Position numbers and translations under genes: made by a program. Under the pieces are notes generated by a model. It was not told the DNA's origin and ran no database searches. It was given only the letters and a program-made list of their open reading frames with translations. Below are positions 1-13,007 of a stretch of 64,000 bases of DNA, one piece after another; the first letter of the stretch is position 1; the number at the start of each line of letters is the position of its first letter. This DNA is from Octopus bimaculoides (Eukaryota): positions 31,203,719 to 31,267,718 of the forward strand of contig NC_068999.1 in NCBI RefSeq assembly GCF_001194135.2, written 5' to 3'.

Positions 1-887
1 TGTCTGTGTATGCATGTGTCTGTGTGTGTATGCATATGTATGTATTTAACTGACCCAATTATTTCTTAGCAAAGCAGACTCAAATAGTGACAAACTAATA
101 ATGGAGAAGAACCTGATTGGGGAGGTGTAAAACAGTTTAGAAATTCACAGGCCTCAGACTAAATCATTTGTTATTCAAATGAAAGAGTTACATTAACCAA
201 TCAGTCCAAACTGCACACTTTCGCACTCCAGGCTAAAGTTAACGTACGTGATTAATTTCCCAATCCATACTCTACACAGTTGTATTTCATGCTAGAGCTA
301 AGTTGAGAAGAAATTTCTAACAAGGTTACATTCTATTCTACACTTAGTTTTACCACAGATTCATATATTAATGATGTCACTATGAAACATCATAAGCACT
401 GTGATATTTATACAGTGGCCCCTAACACAATAACACTGCAGTGACACTGCCACTATGACAGTATCAACCATGAATATCACCCCCACCATCAGCATAAGCA
501 ATACTCCAATAACCATGACTACTGTCAGCATCAATAACAACCAACAACAAGAACAACAACGTTACCTCCACCACTGCCACTGCCACTGTCTCCACCACGT
601 AATTTTTACATATATCTTCAAAATGTACATGAAGACATTGACTGTAACAGAATATCAAGTAAAACTTGTTATTCCATTAATTTTGTGTTTATCTGAGGTT
701 GTATGTGTTTACATGCACACACACATGCAGACACACAGACACACACACATATACACATACACACATATATCAGTTTAATTCATGTCAGCATAGAAAGCAA
801 ACATGAAATGTAGATTTTGATATTTCTATGTGTGTGAGCTTGTGTGTGTGTATATATATATGTGTGTGTGTTGTGTGTGTGGGTGTG

Positions 888-923
<36 letters not shown>

Positions 924-954
924 TCTTTTATATGTTTCAGCCTTGAGGCTGCAG

Positions 955-988
<34 letters not shown>

Positions 989-991
<3 letters not shown>

Positions 992-2368
992 AGATCAAAG
1001 TGTATGTACGCCACTATATTTTTTATATATATATAATACAAAATGGGACAAGAACGCAAAACATCCAGACAGGTGATACATTTGAGGGGACAACAAAACA
1101 TCCAGAAAGACGATACAAAGAAAACTAGGACGGGTCATTCAGAGTTTTCTTTCTTCAGTCGAGTTCCTGATTATCTTTGCAATTTCGATTGGTTATACTC
1201 GGGATTGCTCCAATCTGGCCAGCCCCAAGGAAAAACTAAGCTAAGAGCATCAGATTCCTTGGAAGAAAGTAGCGAGAACAGGAAAAAAAAACAGAATGTT
1301 ACACAAATAGGCGCAAGAGTGGCTGTGTGGTAAGTAGCTTGCTTACCAACCACATGGTTCCGGGTTCAGTCCCACTGCATGGCATCTTGGGCAAGTATCT
1401 TCTACTATAGCCTCAGGCCAACCAAAGCCTTGTGAGTGGATTTGGTAGACGGAAACTGAAAGAAGCCCGTCGTGTATATGTATATGTATATATATGTGTG
1501 TTTAAGTGTCTGTGTTTGTCCCCCCAACATTGCTTGACAACTGATGCTGGTGTGTTTACATCCCCGTAACTTAGCGGTTCGGCAAAAGAGCCCGATAGAA
1601 TAAGTACTAGGCTTACAAAGAATAAGNNNNNNNNNNCGGTTCGGCAAAAGAGCCCGATAGAATAAGTACTAGGCTTACAAAGAATAAGTCCTGGGGTCGA
1701 TTTGCTCGACAAAAGGCGGTGCTCCAACATGGCCACAGTCAAATGACTGAAACAAGTTAAACAGTTAAACAGTAAAAATACAAATAACAGGACATAACAA
1801 CAAGTGTCTTTCGAGTAAGGACAAATTGAATTAAGCTGGCGTGTGTGGAAGTAAAGCCTTATGGCAGAGATACAAGATTTCACATGCACAGAAAAAATAG
1901 ATGTTGCATGGATGGTGGCCGAACCAAGAAAGAAAGGTCAGGCTTGGCCAAACACTGGTCACATGTGGGAGAGAAGAGAGAGAGGTAGAGGCAGAGGGAC
2001 AGAAGAAATAAGGAGGGGCAAGAAAAAATGACAGTGAAGTGAAAAGAGGAGGGAAAGTGAGCATGACGTGAAGGCAAGGAAATGTGAGCGAGGGGGAAGG
2101 AAAGTACAAAGAGCAAAATGAATGAAGTAAGCATGAAAGGGCTGATAGAAAGAAGGAAAGAATAAAAGAATAGAAAGAATAGAGTCATACAAGATTTGGA
2201 TAAATATATACTTACATGTAAGAGATCAAAGTGTACGTATGCCGCTATATGTTTTATATATAAAAAATACAAAATGGGACAAGAACGCAAAACATCCAGA
2301 CAGTTAGGTGATACAAAAAAGGGGACAACAAAACATCCAGAAAGACAATACAAAAAAAACAAGGACGG
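989..2368. repeat. Direct repeats of about 145 bp (989-1132 and 2220-2368), pseudo-LTR-like
   Basis: aagagatcaaagtgta...tacaaaatgggacaagaacgcaaaacatccagac...ggacgg is present twice. Confidence 0.7.
1309..1777 (+). mobile_element. tRNA-derived SINE, family A
   Basis: A-box-like TGGCTGTGTGGT and B-box-like GGTTCAGTCCC, an internal TG/TA microsatellite and a short tandem tail. Homologous copies occur at 4.4, 11.3, 44.4 and 62.9 kb. Confidence 0.85.
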
Positions 2369-2399
2369 ATTACAGAGCAGCCTTTAGTATCCATGGATA

Positions 2400-3300
2400 T
2401 TGGGTAGATTATATTCATACATTTATTTCTTTGGGCAATATGGGCAAGATGTTGGTCAAGTTGTTGCCATTCCTTCATTTCATTCATCTTGGGCCATTTA
2501 ATTCAATCTCACTGGGTGGGATTGGCCTTCTGGTATGGTATTGGGTGGGTTTCTCCTCCTAAGGACTTGAGGTGACACAGGTACTGAGAGGCTTCCAGTT
2601 CTGTGGGTTGCTTCTTGCCTGGTGTTCTCCTGTGTCTCACCAGGTGGTACCACTGTGCTCAGCATCCTTAGCTCTGCTTTTCTAGTGTCAGACCTGGCTC
2701 AGCGAATCTTGAGCTATTTCACATTCTTGTAGATGCATTTTACTTCAAATACTTCCTTAGTCTCACCAGGTGTTACCACTGAGCACTGCACCTGGGGTTC
2801 CTGTTTTCCATAGTCAGACCTTTCTGCAGTGACATTTTACTCACAGTACCTCCCAAGTTGATGATGTTTGGGTTAGTCTCTGCATCTGTAAAGCATTCCT
2901 GGTCATTACCATTGAATACATCTTATTGAGTCTTTGCTCATCATTGCCAAACTTTTCTGGCGGTCATCAACCTTCCTTGGTTGCCATCCAGACTTTCCTG
3001 AAAGTCCCTGATTGTTCAGAAATTTATGTTGATAACACCTAAAAGTTAATTTTTTCCACTCACTAAAGTGAATGGAATTTTGGTCAGGAAGAACTGGTGT
3101 TTCATCCAATGATTATCAGGTGGGTCAGCAGAAGTGGCCAACTCAAATCAGTGCTCATTATCTCCTCCTGGCTTCCAGCTTAGCTCCTTCATCTTACTCC
3201 ATAACCAGCATGAATCTTAAGATAATCGATCATAAAGTTGCAGCTAGTGGCTACTGAATTTATTATTCACTTTGCATCCAATATTTTTTCTAAGTCTGTC
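2400..3300 (-). mobile_element. Decayed N-terminal part of a HERO/R2-group (RLE-type) non-LTR retrotransposon
   Basis: Minus-strand IKWPKMNEMKEWQQLDQHLAHI (2502-2437) resembles the IKWP...EWxQxDxD motif I recall from HERO elements. The rest is frameshifted. Confidence 0.4.
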
Positions 3301-3594
3301 AACATTTGTCTGGAGAGAATTCTTTCTTTTTGTTTTTTTCCCCATTATTATCGATCTCTGATACTCTTATCTTCTAGTAAATGGTAATCAACAGCACAGT
3401 ATAGTAAAACCTTCAATATCTGAAGTTGGAATTCTGTTAGTTGTTCCTTAGCTATTTGGTCCATCGAAGATAACATCAAGTCAGCAAGTTTTTTATTTAT
3501 TTATTTGGTAATAGTTCTCTCATGAAATTCTGTATAAAGGAAGCTGGTTAAGCTTTGTTTGAATTTTGCTGCTAACAACCAGTTTATATTCTAA

Positions 3595-3812
3595 TATTAG
3601 TTCTGTATTTTGGCATAAAACCAGCGGTTTGGGGACAGGTTGAGGTAAGTCAATAACATTGGCCCCATTGTTCAATTGGTGCTTATTTTATTGACTCTGA
3701 AAAGATGAGACAAAGTTGACCCCAGCAGAATTTGAAGTCAGAATGAAGGGACAAAAGAAATGTCACTAAGCATTTTGCCTGGCATACTAACAATTCTGCT
3801 AGCTCATCACTC
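3595..3812 (+). repeat. Short interspersed repeat family B (about 220 bp)
   Basis: Homologous to copies at about 35.2, 43.7, 45.8, 46.5 and 55.2 kb. Shared motif: aaagtcgacc...ggaatttgaactcagaa...ctaagcatttt...ttctgccagctc. Confidence 0.75.
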
Positions 3813-3894
3813 TAGTTTATATTTCAGTATTTTTCCCTGATTACTACTATTTGTCCATAATCAGTTAGTACTTCTTGGTGTAATGGTGACATAA

Positions 3895-4330
3895 TTGAGA
3901 GATGAGTAGTTGATCCGTGCACATTGAATATCTCCGTCTGCACGCCACCACTGTTCGTATCTTGCTCCCCACCTTCTTCTTTCCTCTCGAAACATGCTGC
4001 ACGAGTCAGGAGGGATTGCACTCTGGAAACTTTCAACCACCTTCCCGTCTTTCTCTACTGTTACCATACTTTCTTGGACATGTTACATTAGGGATATATG
4101 TTGGTCCCTTGTTATCATCCTATCTATTTCTCCTCTGCACCCAACTGTGTATAACATAGGGTAGTGCTTCATCTCCTCTTACTCAACCTCCTTCTCCTCC
4201 CTCCTTACTGTCCTTTGTCCTTATCACCCCACCCAATTCTCTCTCACTAATCACCAAACACTTCCTTTATATTTATCTTCCTCTTCCCCTCCCATAAACC
4301 ACTTCCATCTTTTCTTTCATTCATGTACCA
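3895..4330 (+). mobile_element. Penelope-like element, 3' fragment
   Basis: Degenerate GIY-YIG C-terminus (...ETFQPP...) followed by a pyrimidine-rich 3' region. Confidence 0.4.
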
Positions 4331-4384
4331 CCTTACCTACCTATGTATATCTTTTCTTTTACTTATTTATTTTCTTTTATCTTT

Positions 4385-4772
4385 TACTTATTTAAGTCAC
4401 TAGATTGTGGCCATGTTGGAGCACTACTTTGAAGAATTTTTAGTTGAATGAATTGACCCCAGTACTTTTTTTAAACCCGGCACTTATTCTGTAGATCTCT
4501 TTTGCTGAACCACTAAGTTATGGAAACATAAATACACCAACACCGGTTGTCAAGTGGTAGTGAGGGACAAACAATCACGCACACACACACACACACACAC
4601 ACACATGATAGGCTTTTTTCAGTTTCTGTCTATTAAATCCACCCACAAGGCTTTGGTTGGCTTGAGTCTATAGCAGAAGACACTAGCCCAAGGTTCCACA
4701 AGGTGGGACTGAACCCAGAACCATGTGGTTGGGAAGCAAGCTTCTTGCTACACAGCCACACCTGCACCTATA
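4385..4772 (-). mobile_element. tRNA-derived SINE, family A
   Basis: Reverse-complement match to 1309-1777, including the head gtgggactgaacccagaaccatgtggttgg. Confidence 0.85.
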
Positions 4773-5094
4773 TGTATAATGCTGAATAACACTATTATTC
4801 CACCTACTCAGTCTTCCACACTATTTAATCACTCCATAACTCTCTCCCTCACTAATCCCCTGATATTACTCTTCACTTCTCTGCAATCTACTTGCTTCTC
4901 TAACAGTGTTCCTATCTTTTCTCAGCAGTGAAACTGTGTAATTCCAATACGAACTACCTTTGATTCTTACAAACCATCTAACCCATGCCAGTATGGCAGA
5001 TGGACTGAGCCACTCCATCACTGGGTCCACATACTCAATCAACCCCACTACCATTGTCCCCTGCCCATCTCTTTCACACTAACCCCTGACATTA

Positions 5095-5215
5095 ATGTTA
5101 CCCTCTTCCTCCTCCTCCTCCTTTGTCTCCTCTTCCTCCTCCTTTGTCTCCTCTTCCTCCTCCTTTGTCTCCTCTTCCTCTTCCTCTTCCTTTGTCTCCT
5201 CCACTTCCTCCCCTC
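5095..5215. repeat. 21-bp CT-rich minisatellite
   Basis: (ttgtctcctcttcctcctcct) repeated about 4 times. Confidence 0.8.
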
Positions 5216-6970
5216 TTTAGTAATAGATTAGACCTTAGAGTATTGTGTGTACACTGTTCTACTCGCACTTTTAAATATTTTAAAAAGTAGTAAACTTTAA
5301 AAAATGTGATATTTCAATATATACCATGTTCATCTTAGGCTATTAATTAGCACATATTTAAATTGAAATTGAACCTTTATAACATATGTTTTTGGTCTCT
5401 CACCTTAATATATAATCTTCCTGTGATAACTAAAATTTCAACTTTATCCATGGATAGTATATTCTTTCACATCACTTCTGCGGTTGCTGTTAGTTCTTAG
5501 TATGTATCTTACTTATTTCTACTCTATTTAACTTAAAAGAATAAGATGTTTTGAAAGTTCTTAATAGTTTATAATTGGTTCTTTAAACCTTGTAAATTTT
5601 ATTTTATTTAATGCCTGACCCTAAAAGATCCTTATTATTCCATTATTTCATGGCTGGTAGTGGTATTGTTACTGTTATTCTATCGTTTTGACTTAAATAA
5701 ATCTAATCCTTGCTTAAGTATTATTCAGCACTTGGCCCATGTTAGTTAACACAAGTTCCTGATTATGTAAGATAGTGTAATTAAACTAGTACATAATTAT
5801 CATATTCTCTATTAATTGTTTTGGACTACTATTGTATTCTTTGTTAATTCCAACCATTCATTTTATTAGTTCCTTAAACCTTGATAAGCCCATTATTATA
5901 AACTATGTAAATCCTATATATTAATTCTTAACATTAGTTATAAAATAAATTCTATCTCTTATGTGTCCTTTAAATGATATTAGATATATAAGTTTTTTAA
6001 TTTTCACCATTATATTTAATGTTAATTTCAATCATTTATTTTACCAGTTCCTTAAACCTTAATGAGTCCATCATTATAAACCAATTATAAACCATTATAG
6101 ACCATGTAAATCCTATGTATCAATTCTTTTATAGTAGGTATAAAATAGTTTTTATCTCTCGTGTGCCTTTCAAATAGTATTAGATATATTAGCTTTAATT
6201 TTAATTTTAAAATAATTTAAAATAGTTTTTAGTCCAATATATATAACTTCACATCTATGGTTCTTTATCTATGGTTCTTTATATTGATATAAATAAATCT
6301 AAATGTACTTTACCAAAGCTTTTAAATTAACACTACTTCATGGTTTTTGCATACTAAATGTATTGACTAATTACATCACTATTCTTAACATAATAATTAA
6401 GCTAATATTGGTATCTCAAAATTTCCATATTTAGTATATGTAAAACAATACTGATACATTATTCTGATTAANNNNNNNNNNNNNNNNNNNNNNNNNNNNN
6501 NNNNNNNNNNNNNNNNNNNNNNNNNNNNNNNNNNNNNNNNNNNNNNNNNNNNNNNNNNNNNNNNNNNNNNNNNNNNNNNNNNNNNNNNNNNNNNNNNNNN
6601 NNNNNNNNNNNNNNNNNNNNNNNNNNNNNNNNNNNNNNNNNNNNNNNNNNNNNNNNNNNNNNNNNNNNNNNNNNNNNNNNNNNNNNNNNNNNNNNNNNNN
6701 NNNNNNNNNNNNNNNNNNNNNNNNNNNNNNNNNNNNNNNNNNNNNNAATCCATAAAATCTATAAAATATTAGATTAAAAATTCAGTTTAGTAAATTTACA
6801 AAAACGAAAGTGTTTCATGGTTACATAAAAGTGGAAAAGATCTGGGCAATTTACAATAAATCGACCAAGATAAATACCATTCAGAATGAGGACACTCTTC
6901 AGTAGGTCTTGTAACTTCAAAAAACATATCCTAATATTTAAAAATGCAATAAAATAAAATAAAATAAATG

Positions 6971-7015
<45 letters not shown>

Positions 7016-7799
7016 ATGGAATGGGAATTTATAAACTTTCAGAAAACATGAAATAAGGAATGGCTTAAGTTGAAACAGATAAAGCTATACAGGACAAAAC
7101 ACTTCCCTGTTGAGGTGGAGTTCTCTGAAAACCTACTGTTCAGATACCTTGAGAGTATGTAAATGTTGGGTTAAAAGAAACCTTTTCAGTAGGAAATGTT
7201 GAAGTTTACAAATCCTTATAAGTCAGCACTTTTAGGATACAAAGTTAAAAACTAATTCTTAACAGTCCCATGAGTTGTTATATAAATTAGTGTTTGTACA
7301 AGACTGCAATAATATTCATCTCCAAAGAAGTTTACCTTCTGTGGTAATTCATGTCTTCGCATAGAAGAATGTACAGTCAATTCAGAGATTGTAAGGAATC
7401 AAGTTTATAGGAAAATCAGTGTATTTAATTTTTAGCCTTTTCAAACATTGACATAAGTTTGTCCCCTAACTTTGTTAATCCTTGTTTTGTACATTGAGTA
7501 ATATAAAACTTTCCTTTCATAAATCCCAACTTACTCTAGCGGTTGAAAAGAATTGGGAATGTGCATCATACAAGAAGCAAGGACATCAGGGAAATATGTC
7601 CTGTGTATCACATGATACACAGGGCAAGCAAAGTGTTAACTGAGGTTCATTCATGATAATAGAGACTACAGTGATGCAGGGTTGTCTATTTTAAATGTTT
7701 TATATCAGATTTTGTGGTTTTTCTGTAATTTCGCTTTTCTGAGGAATTAAACTCAACACACATCTGTTCCATTTCTGTAAGGTGAACAATCATAGCTTG

Positions 7800-8170
7800 A
7801 TCAGCATGAAGCCATAAACAACCTGTATTCTTATTGTATTTTGGACCACTTTATCTGATAAAAAAGGATAAAATTTGAAGATTTGATCATTAATTCCATC
7901 AGCAATGACCACATAGAGCTTTCTTCACTACTAAGCAGATGTTTGTGACTTAATCAATGTGGTTAAATTTCTGATGAAGTATATACTTCAGCTATCACAC
8001 AGTGGTATAGTAAGAGTCTTTGTTATTTTATGACCATCTTTTTGGGGGTTACATGTTGGAGAATTGTTTGATGTAACTATAAGATCATATAATGGCGGAG
8101 AGGTTTGTGAATGAGTAACATTATAATACTTCAAAAGAAATCCAGCTCTACAGAGTTCATTCTTTACCAC
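7800..8170 (-). mobile_element. Degenerate Penelope-like endonuclease-region relic
   Basis: PPLYDLIVTS...PTCNP and IFKFYPF resemble PLE linker and GIY-YIG C-terminal motifs (compare FRIFPLY at 52.8 kb). Confidence 0.3.
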
Positions 8171-8228
8171 TATGCACTAAATGCATCATTAAGGTACACA
8201 TATGTACACATGCACACACACACACACA

Positions 8229-8261
<33 letters not shown>

Positions 8262-11200
8262 GTATTTATACCCTAAGGTGTCTCTTAACTTTCTTAGAAT
8301 GAGAGTTGACTGATTGCCCACTGTGTCCTCAGTAAAGGAACTACATTTAACAAAAAGCAATTTGTAAGGTCTTTCAAGGGAATGAATGCTTACAGATTTG
8401 CCAAAACCATAAGAGAATTAATCACACAGATTGATTTTCTTGGCAATTGTACAGCTAAAATATCCAAAGATGTCACCATTCCCTAAGATTGATTAAAGGC
8501 ATGAACAATTGTTAAATTTAACAACAATTTCTTGAGAATATTTCAAATTATTTTCTTTCCTTTCATTTGAACAAAAGCAGAAATCTTGAATGAATTATAA
8601 ATGGCGATATGACTATCATTACTTTAAGATTAATCTTTTATTCATCATCACATCAATGTCTTCAGTTTCTTATGGAGAATGGCTATGATTTATTTATATT
8701 CTTTATTACTATTATGATATGTTTCTATCAAATGTAACCATGGAAACCACTTTTGAAATAGACAAGACATGTCTATCATAAGGTTTCTTGTGTCTGTTAA
8801 ATATATTGCTTGAAATTGCTTAAAGAATCTAAAAAGAAAAAAAATCCAATATGCAATTGAATTCTTATTTGGAAAAGAATTTCTTGTCTTAATTACTAAT
8901 CAAAATGCCTATTATATCTGTTTTCATTTCTTCTTGTAACTAGAATTGATAATAGTTAACCTTTACTTGTTAATAGAATAAGAATTAGATGCACTTTAGC
9001 CTAAAACTATCACTGTTAACTTTATTTTAAGTATTATTTGTTACTTTTAACCTTTTTTACATCTCCTAATATATTTTTAGTTTTAGTGTTAACTTTCAGT
9101 CATATGTCATTTAGAACTTTAACTTAAGATCATTGGATGTCAGTCTTGAGAGATGTGCAAACTGATTGAATGTTAACCTATTGATTGGTGGGTGAACAGT
9201 TCATATTTTCTAGCAATATCCACTATCAGTATACACACCCTTCGTAGATTTAACTTATCTAATTTGAAAGAGGTATTATGAGTTGTCAGAACTTTTGAAT
9301 ACAGACATGACAATTTTAAGAAATTTGCTTTGTAAGTACATAGTCCCAAGTTCAATCCCACTGTACAGCATTTCAAATGAGCATCTTTTTTCATAACCTT
9401 GGTTTGATCTATACTTCATAAGTAAAATTTAGTGACTGAAAACTATGGGTGTCTATCATATAATATATCAGTCATAACTAAGTCAGATCCATACCATAAC
9501 TAAATTTGTGCTATTGCATATTAGTCATGAAAATAATTCTTTCTACTATAGGTACAAGGCATGCAGTTTTGTAGGAGTGGAGTAGTTGATTGCATTGACC
9601 ACTGTGAAAAAACTAGTTCTTTCAATTCAATCAAGATTTCTGCTTTTGTTCAAATGAAAGGAAAGAAAACTCTGTCTACTTGCCACCTTATGAAATAATG
9701 TTTGAGTGGTAGTTAAGTTATCCTTACAATCATGATGTCTAAGGCTTTGGTCCCTAATGTAGGACATGTTGGACAAGAGTTATCTATCATAATCTTGAGT
9801 CAACTCAAGTGAAATTGAGCTTGTATAGATTGTTGTCTGCACAAAAATTTATGGGTGGAGGAATAAAAAAAAATGATAAAAACAAGATGTAATTTAAAAG
9901 AATGAAACATAAAAGTCTACATGAAAAATTACTGTTTAGTTTCAGTTAGGTACTCAATGACTTTGTTCAATCATTTCTCAGTTTTTGTTTGAGTACTGAT
10001 GAATACAATATTAAGCATTTTTTTGTTTTATTTAAGGAATTTGATGTTAAAACACACCAGCAAAATGTCTCAATATAAAATTCTTTTTAAGTTCAGCATA
10101 ATATATTCTAATTTTATGGACAGTTTATCTTTTGCATGTGCTTCAAACTCTGAACCTTTTTGATATAGTGTCATAACATCTTCTGAGAGCCTGTGGCATC
10201 ACAAATGTGTTATTTTGCTTCTTAATTGTTTGTCCAATTTTCAAACAAATCTTAGTTCATTTTCATCCTCAGCATTTTCTTCATTATTTTATTGTTTCTC
10301 TTCACCTGTTTGGTTTATTTCTGTGCTGTATCTTATTTTTTATGTTTCTTGTTTTTCCCTTTTTATGCTCCTCTTAATTATTTTTCTTCATCACACAATG
10401 AAGATGTACTGTTATTAGAAGATGAGGTTTTTTTAAATCTTCGAAATTGGGGTTTTCATTAAGGGTATTCAACACTATGGTGTGTTTTTCTCTAACAAAT
10501 ATTTCAATTAGGCTTTTTATCTTGTCTTATCAAATGCATACTTTTTGTCTCAGCACTTTCTACTGGTTACACTTCTGGGATTGCTCTGTGGTCATAAGGA
10601 GTCATTTGGACTTGCAACTCCATTTTGACATCCCCCTAACCATAGGTCTCCATTCCTTGAACCTACTTTTACCACTTTACCATACTACTATACAAAAGTC
10701 ACAACTAGTTATAGCTCTACGTCCTCTCCAACCTTTTTTTTCGCTATATTTCTTGTGTTTCTCCTATCTGTGTACTAGAATACAAATGTATAGTCAGAGG
10801 TATGTCAGAATTTCAGCTTGTGTTTTGACTGTTTTTTCAATTTTAAAGGTATGGCAAACAGCGTCATCATTTTCAATTTTCAAATTGAGATAATTTCTGT
10901 TGATATCTTGGAGGATTTGTTGTTTTACTTCATATAAGGAAACATTTAGACCACTTTCACCTAGATAGTGACATATGTTTTCTCTTTGCTCTGTTTTAGA
11001 TGATCTCATTTGATAGAGAAATGCTGTTTGGTTTTACAAAAGTTTCCCACCTACATTTATTTTTCTTGTAACTGTTTATTTGTTTAGCATTGAGAAAAGG
11101 TTTGTTTACACACATCTGCTACATGAATAAACTGTGGTGTTTAAAATTGTTTCAGAGTTGCTACAGTTGTTATTGCTGTTGTTATTGTCACTGTCTTCCA

Positions 11201-11324
11201 CATTATTTCTTTGTGCACTTAGGACATTTACTTCTGTCAATTATTCACTATAAGGTTAATTTTCTTTTCCTCTTTATACATGCTGTTCTTGGTTTTGATT
11301 TTGTGAAGGTTTTTTAAAGTTAAA

Positions 11325-11470
11325 GAGGTGCTTTGTGTAGCATAATTATAAGTGGTAGTTTCAGGTTCAGTCCCACTGCCAACTGGTGCCTTGTGAGTGA
11401 ATTTGCTAAATGGAAACTGCATGGAAGCTCATCATATAAATATGAGTGTTTGTGTGTGTGTGTATGTAAA
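11325..11470 (+). mobile_element. SINE family A, degenerate and internally deleted
   Basis: Contains ggttcagtcccactg followed by ccttgtgagtgaatttg...ggaaactg, matching family A. Confidence 0.6.
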
Positions 11471-11566
11471 TATTGATAAAATATACTCATATTTTGAGTT
11501 CTGTTCTTGTTTGCATCACCAAAACTATATATGTATACATGTGTGTATGTGTATACGAGATGTATA

Positions 11567-12720
11567 TTAGAGTGTTTGGCAAGTAATTGCATTTTACCAG
11601 AAAGGTTATAAAAACGAATGTAAACTATGTTTATCTGAATAGTTTTAATTAAGAATGTAATCACCATCATTTTCAATGATTGCAACCCAACAGGAAAGTA
11701 GCTTTTTTATGCCACATTCAAAGAAACCTATTTCTCTTCCTGAAAAAGTCTGAAAGACTGTTTTCAACTTCTTTTCTGTTCCTGAATGCTTTGCCCTTAT
11801 AAAATGTTCTAGTGATTGGAACAGATGGAAATCCATAGGTGCATAGGTGCTCAGTTTGCCAAAGCTGGCCACTTACAACATAATGTGTCTTTACACAGTC
11901 AAGGTGTTGACAACAGATATCTGCATTGGTGGTCCTTCCATGTCCCAGTAGCTCATAATGGACAATACCTTTCATGTTCCACCAAATACAGATCAAAGAT
12001 GTTTGAGGATGGAGTTCTGGTTTTGGTCTTGGCACTGGCCTCTTATTACATGATAACCATTGTCTTTTTTGTTTTCTGTTGTGATGCAAGACTCATTTTT
12101 CATCACCTCTAACAATGTGCTGTAGAATGACAGGTTGTTATTCCTGGTTAGAAGATTGCCACAGATGGTGGAATGTTATGTTTGGTTCTCAAGTGTAAGC
12201 TCATGTGGAACCCAAATTTCCTCTTTGCATGTTTTCTCAATTTACTTGAAATGTTCGTGAGTAGTTGAACATGACACATTAAATTTTTGTGCCAAATCTC
12301 TGGTGCTTTGACATGGATCTGATATAATAGTCTCATTCAAGAAGTCATCATTCAGAGTGGGTTGACTTCCAGAGTGAGACTTGTTGGGCATATCACAATT
12401 ACCATCTTTTAAACCACAGTTGACATGTACGAGCTTTCACTGCATTCAGATACATTTCACAAATGTTCTTCATTGCTTCTGTAGCGGTACTTTTCTTTTG
12501 AAAATCATATAGTAATCAATGGCAAATATGTTGTTTCACACAGTTCTTATCCTCCATGGGGTTAAGTACTGAAATAACTATGAATGACACCCTGGCAGAT
12601 AGAAGAGATGATATACCATTTCTAGACAGTTCCTGCCCATTCGACCTTGGTTCTGATTTGACTGGTTGATTCATATTTCATTTGTGGTGAAAAAGCACAA
12701 TTACTTTCTGAATGCCCTAA
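11567..12720 (-). mobile_element. Mariner (DD34D-type) transposon, full extent, transposase pseudogenised
   Basis: Motifs CIWWNMKGIVHYELL, YAPMDFHLFQSLEHF and GIKKLLSCWVAIIENDGDYI. TIRs ttagagtgtttggcaagtaattgc / gcacaattactttctgaatgccctaa with TA on both sides. Confidence 0.85.
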
Positions 12721-12727
12721 TATATAT

Positions 12728-12790
<63 letters not shown>

Positions 12791-12934
12791 GGGGGGTGTC
12801 TATGTATGTGTGTATATATGTGTGTGTGTGTGTATTTATACATGTGTATTTGTGCATATATGTATATATAATATAGTGAAGGTAGCTATACGCAATATCA
12901 AACCAAAAAGGAAAAATTCAATTGTCTCTGTGTG

Positions 12935-13004
<70 letters not shown>

Positions 13005-13007
<3 letters not shown>

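Noticed and set aside
455-1076. His/Thr/Val/Cys/Tyr-Ile-rich ORFs here and at 12.6, 44-45 and 48.1-48.5 kb
   Set aside because: Translations of (CA)n, (TA)n, (TATG)n and (CAC)n microsatellites.
1140-1200. CTGAAGA...TGAA...GTC hammerhead-like order on the minus strand
   Set aside because: The GAAA box is incomplete and helix I does not pair.
1320-1380. tRNA-like A/B boxes
   Set aside because: SINE heads with no complete cloverleaf; not tRNA genes.
1576-1688. ~52-bp direct duplication on either side of the 10-N gap at 1627-1636 (similar at 23289-23298 and 31829-31838)
   Set aside because: Typical overlapping contig ends around placeholder gaps; most likely an assembly artefact rather than a TSD or real tandem duplication.
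10447-11009. 148-aa plus-strand and 71-aa minus-strand ORFs
   Set aside because: No recognisable motif, and the composition is that of T-rich non-coding or decayed TE DNA; splice signals are weak.
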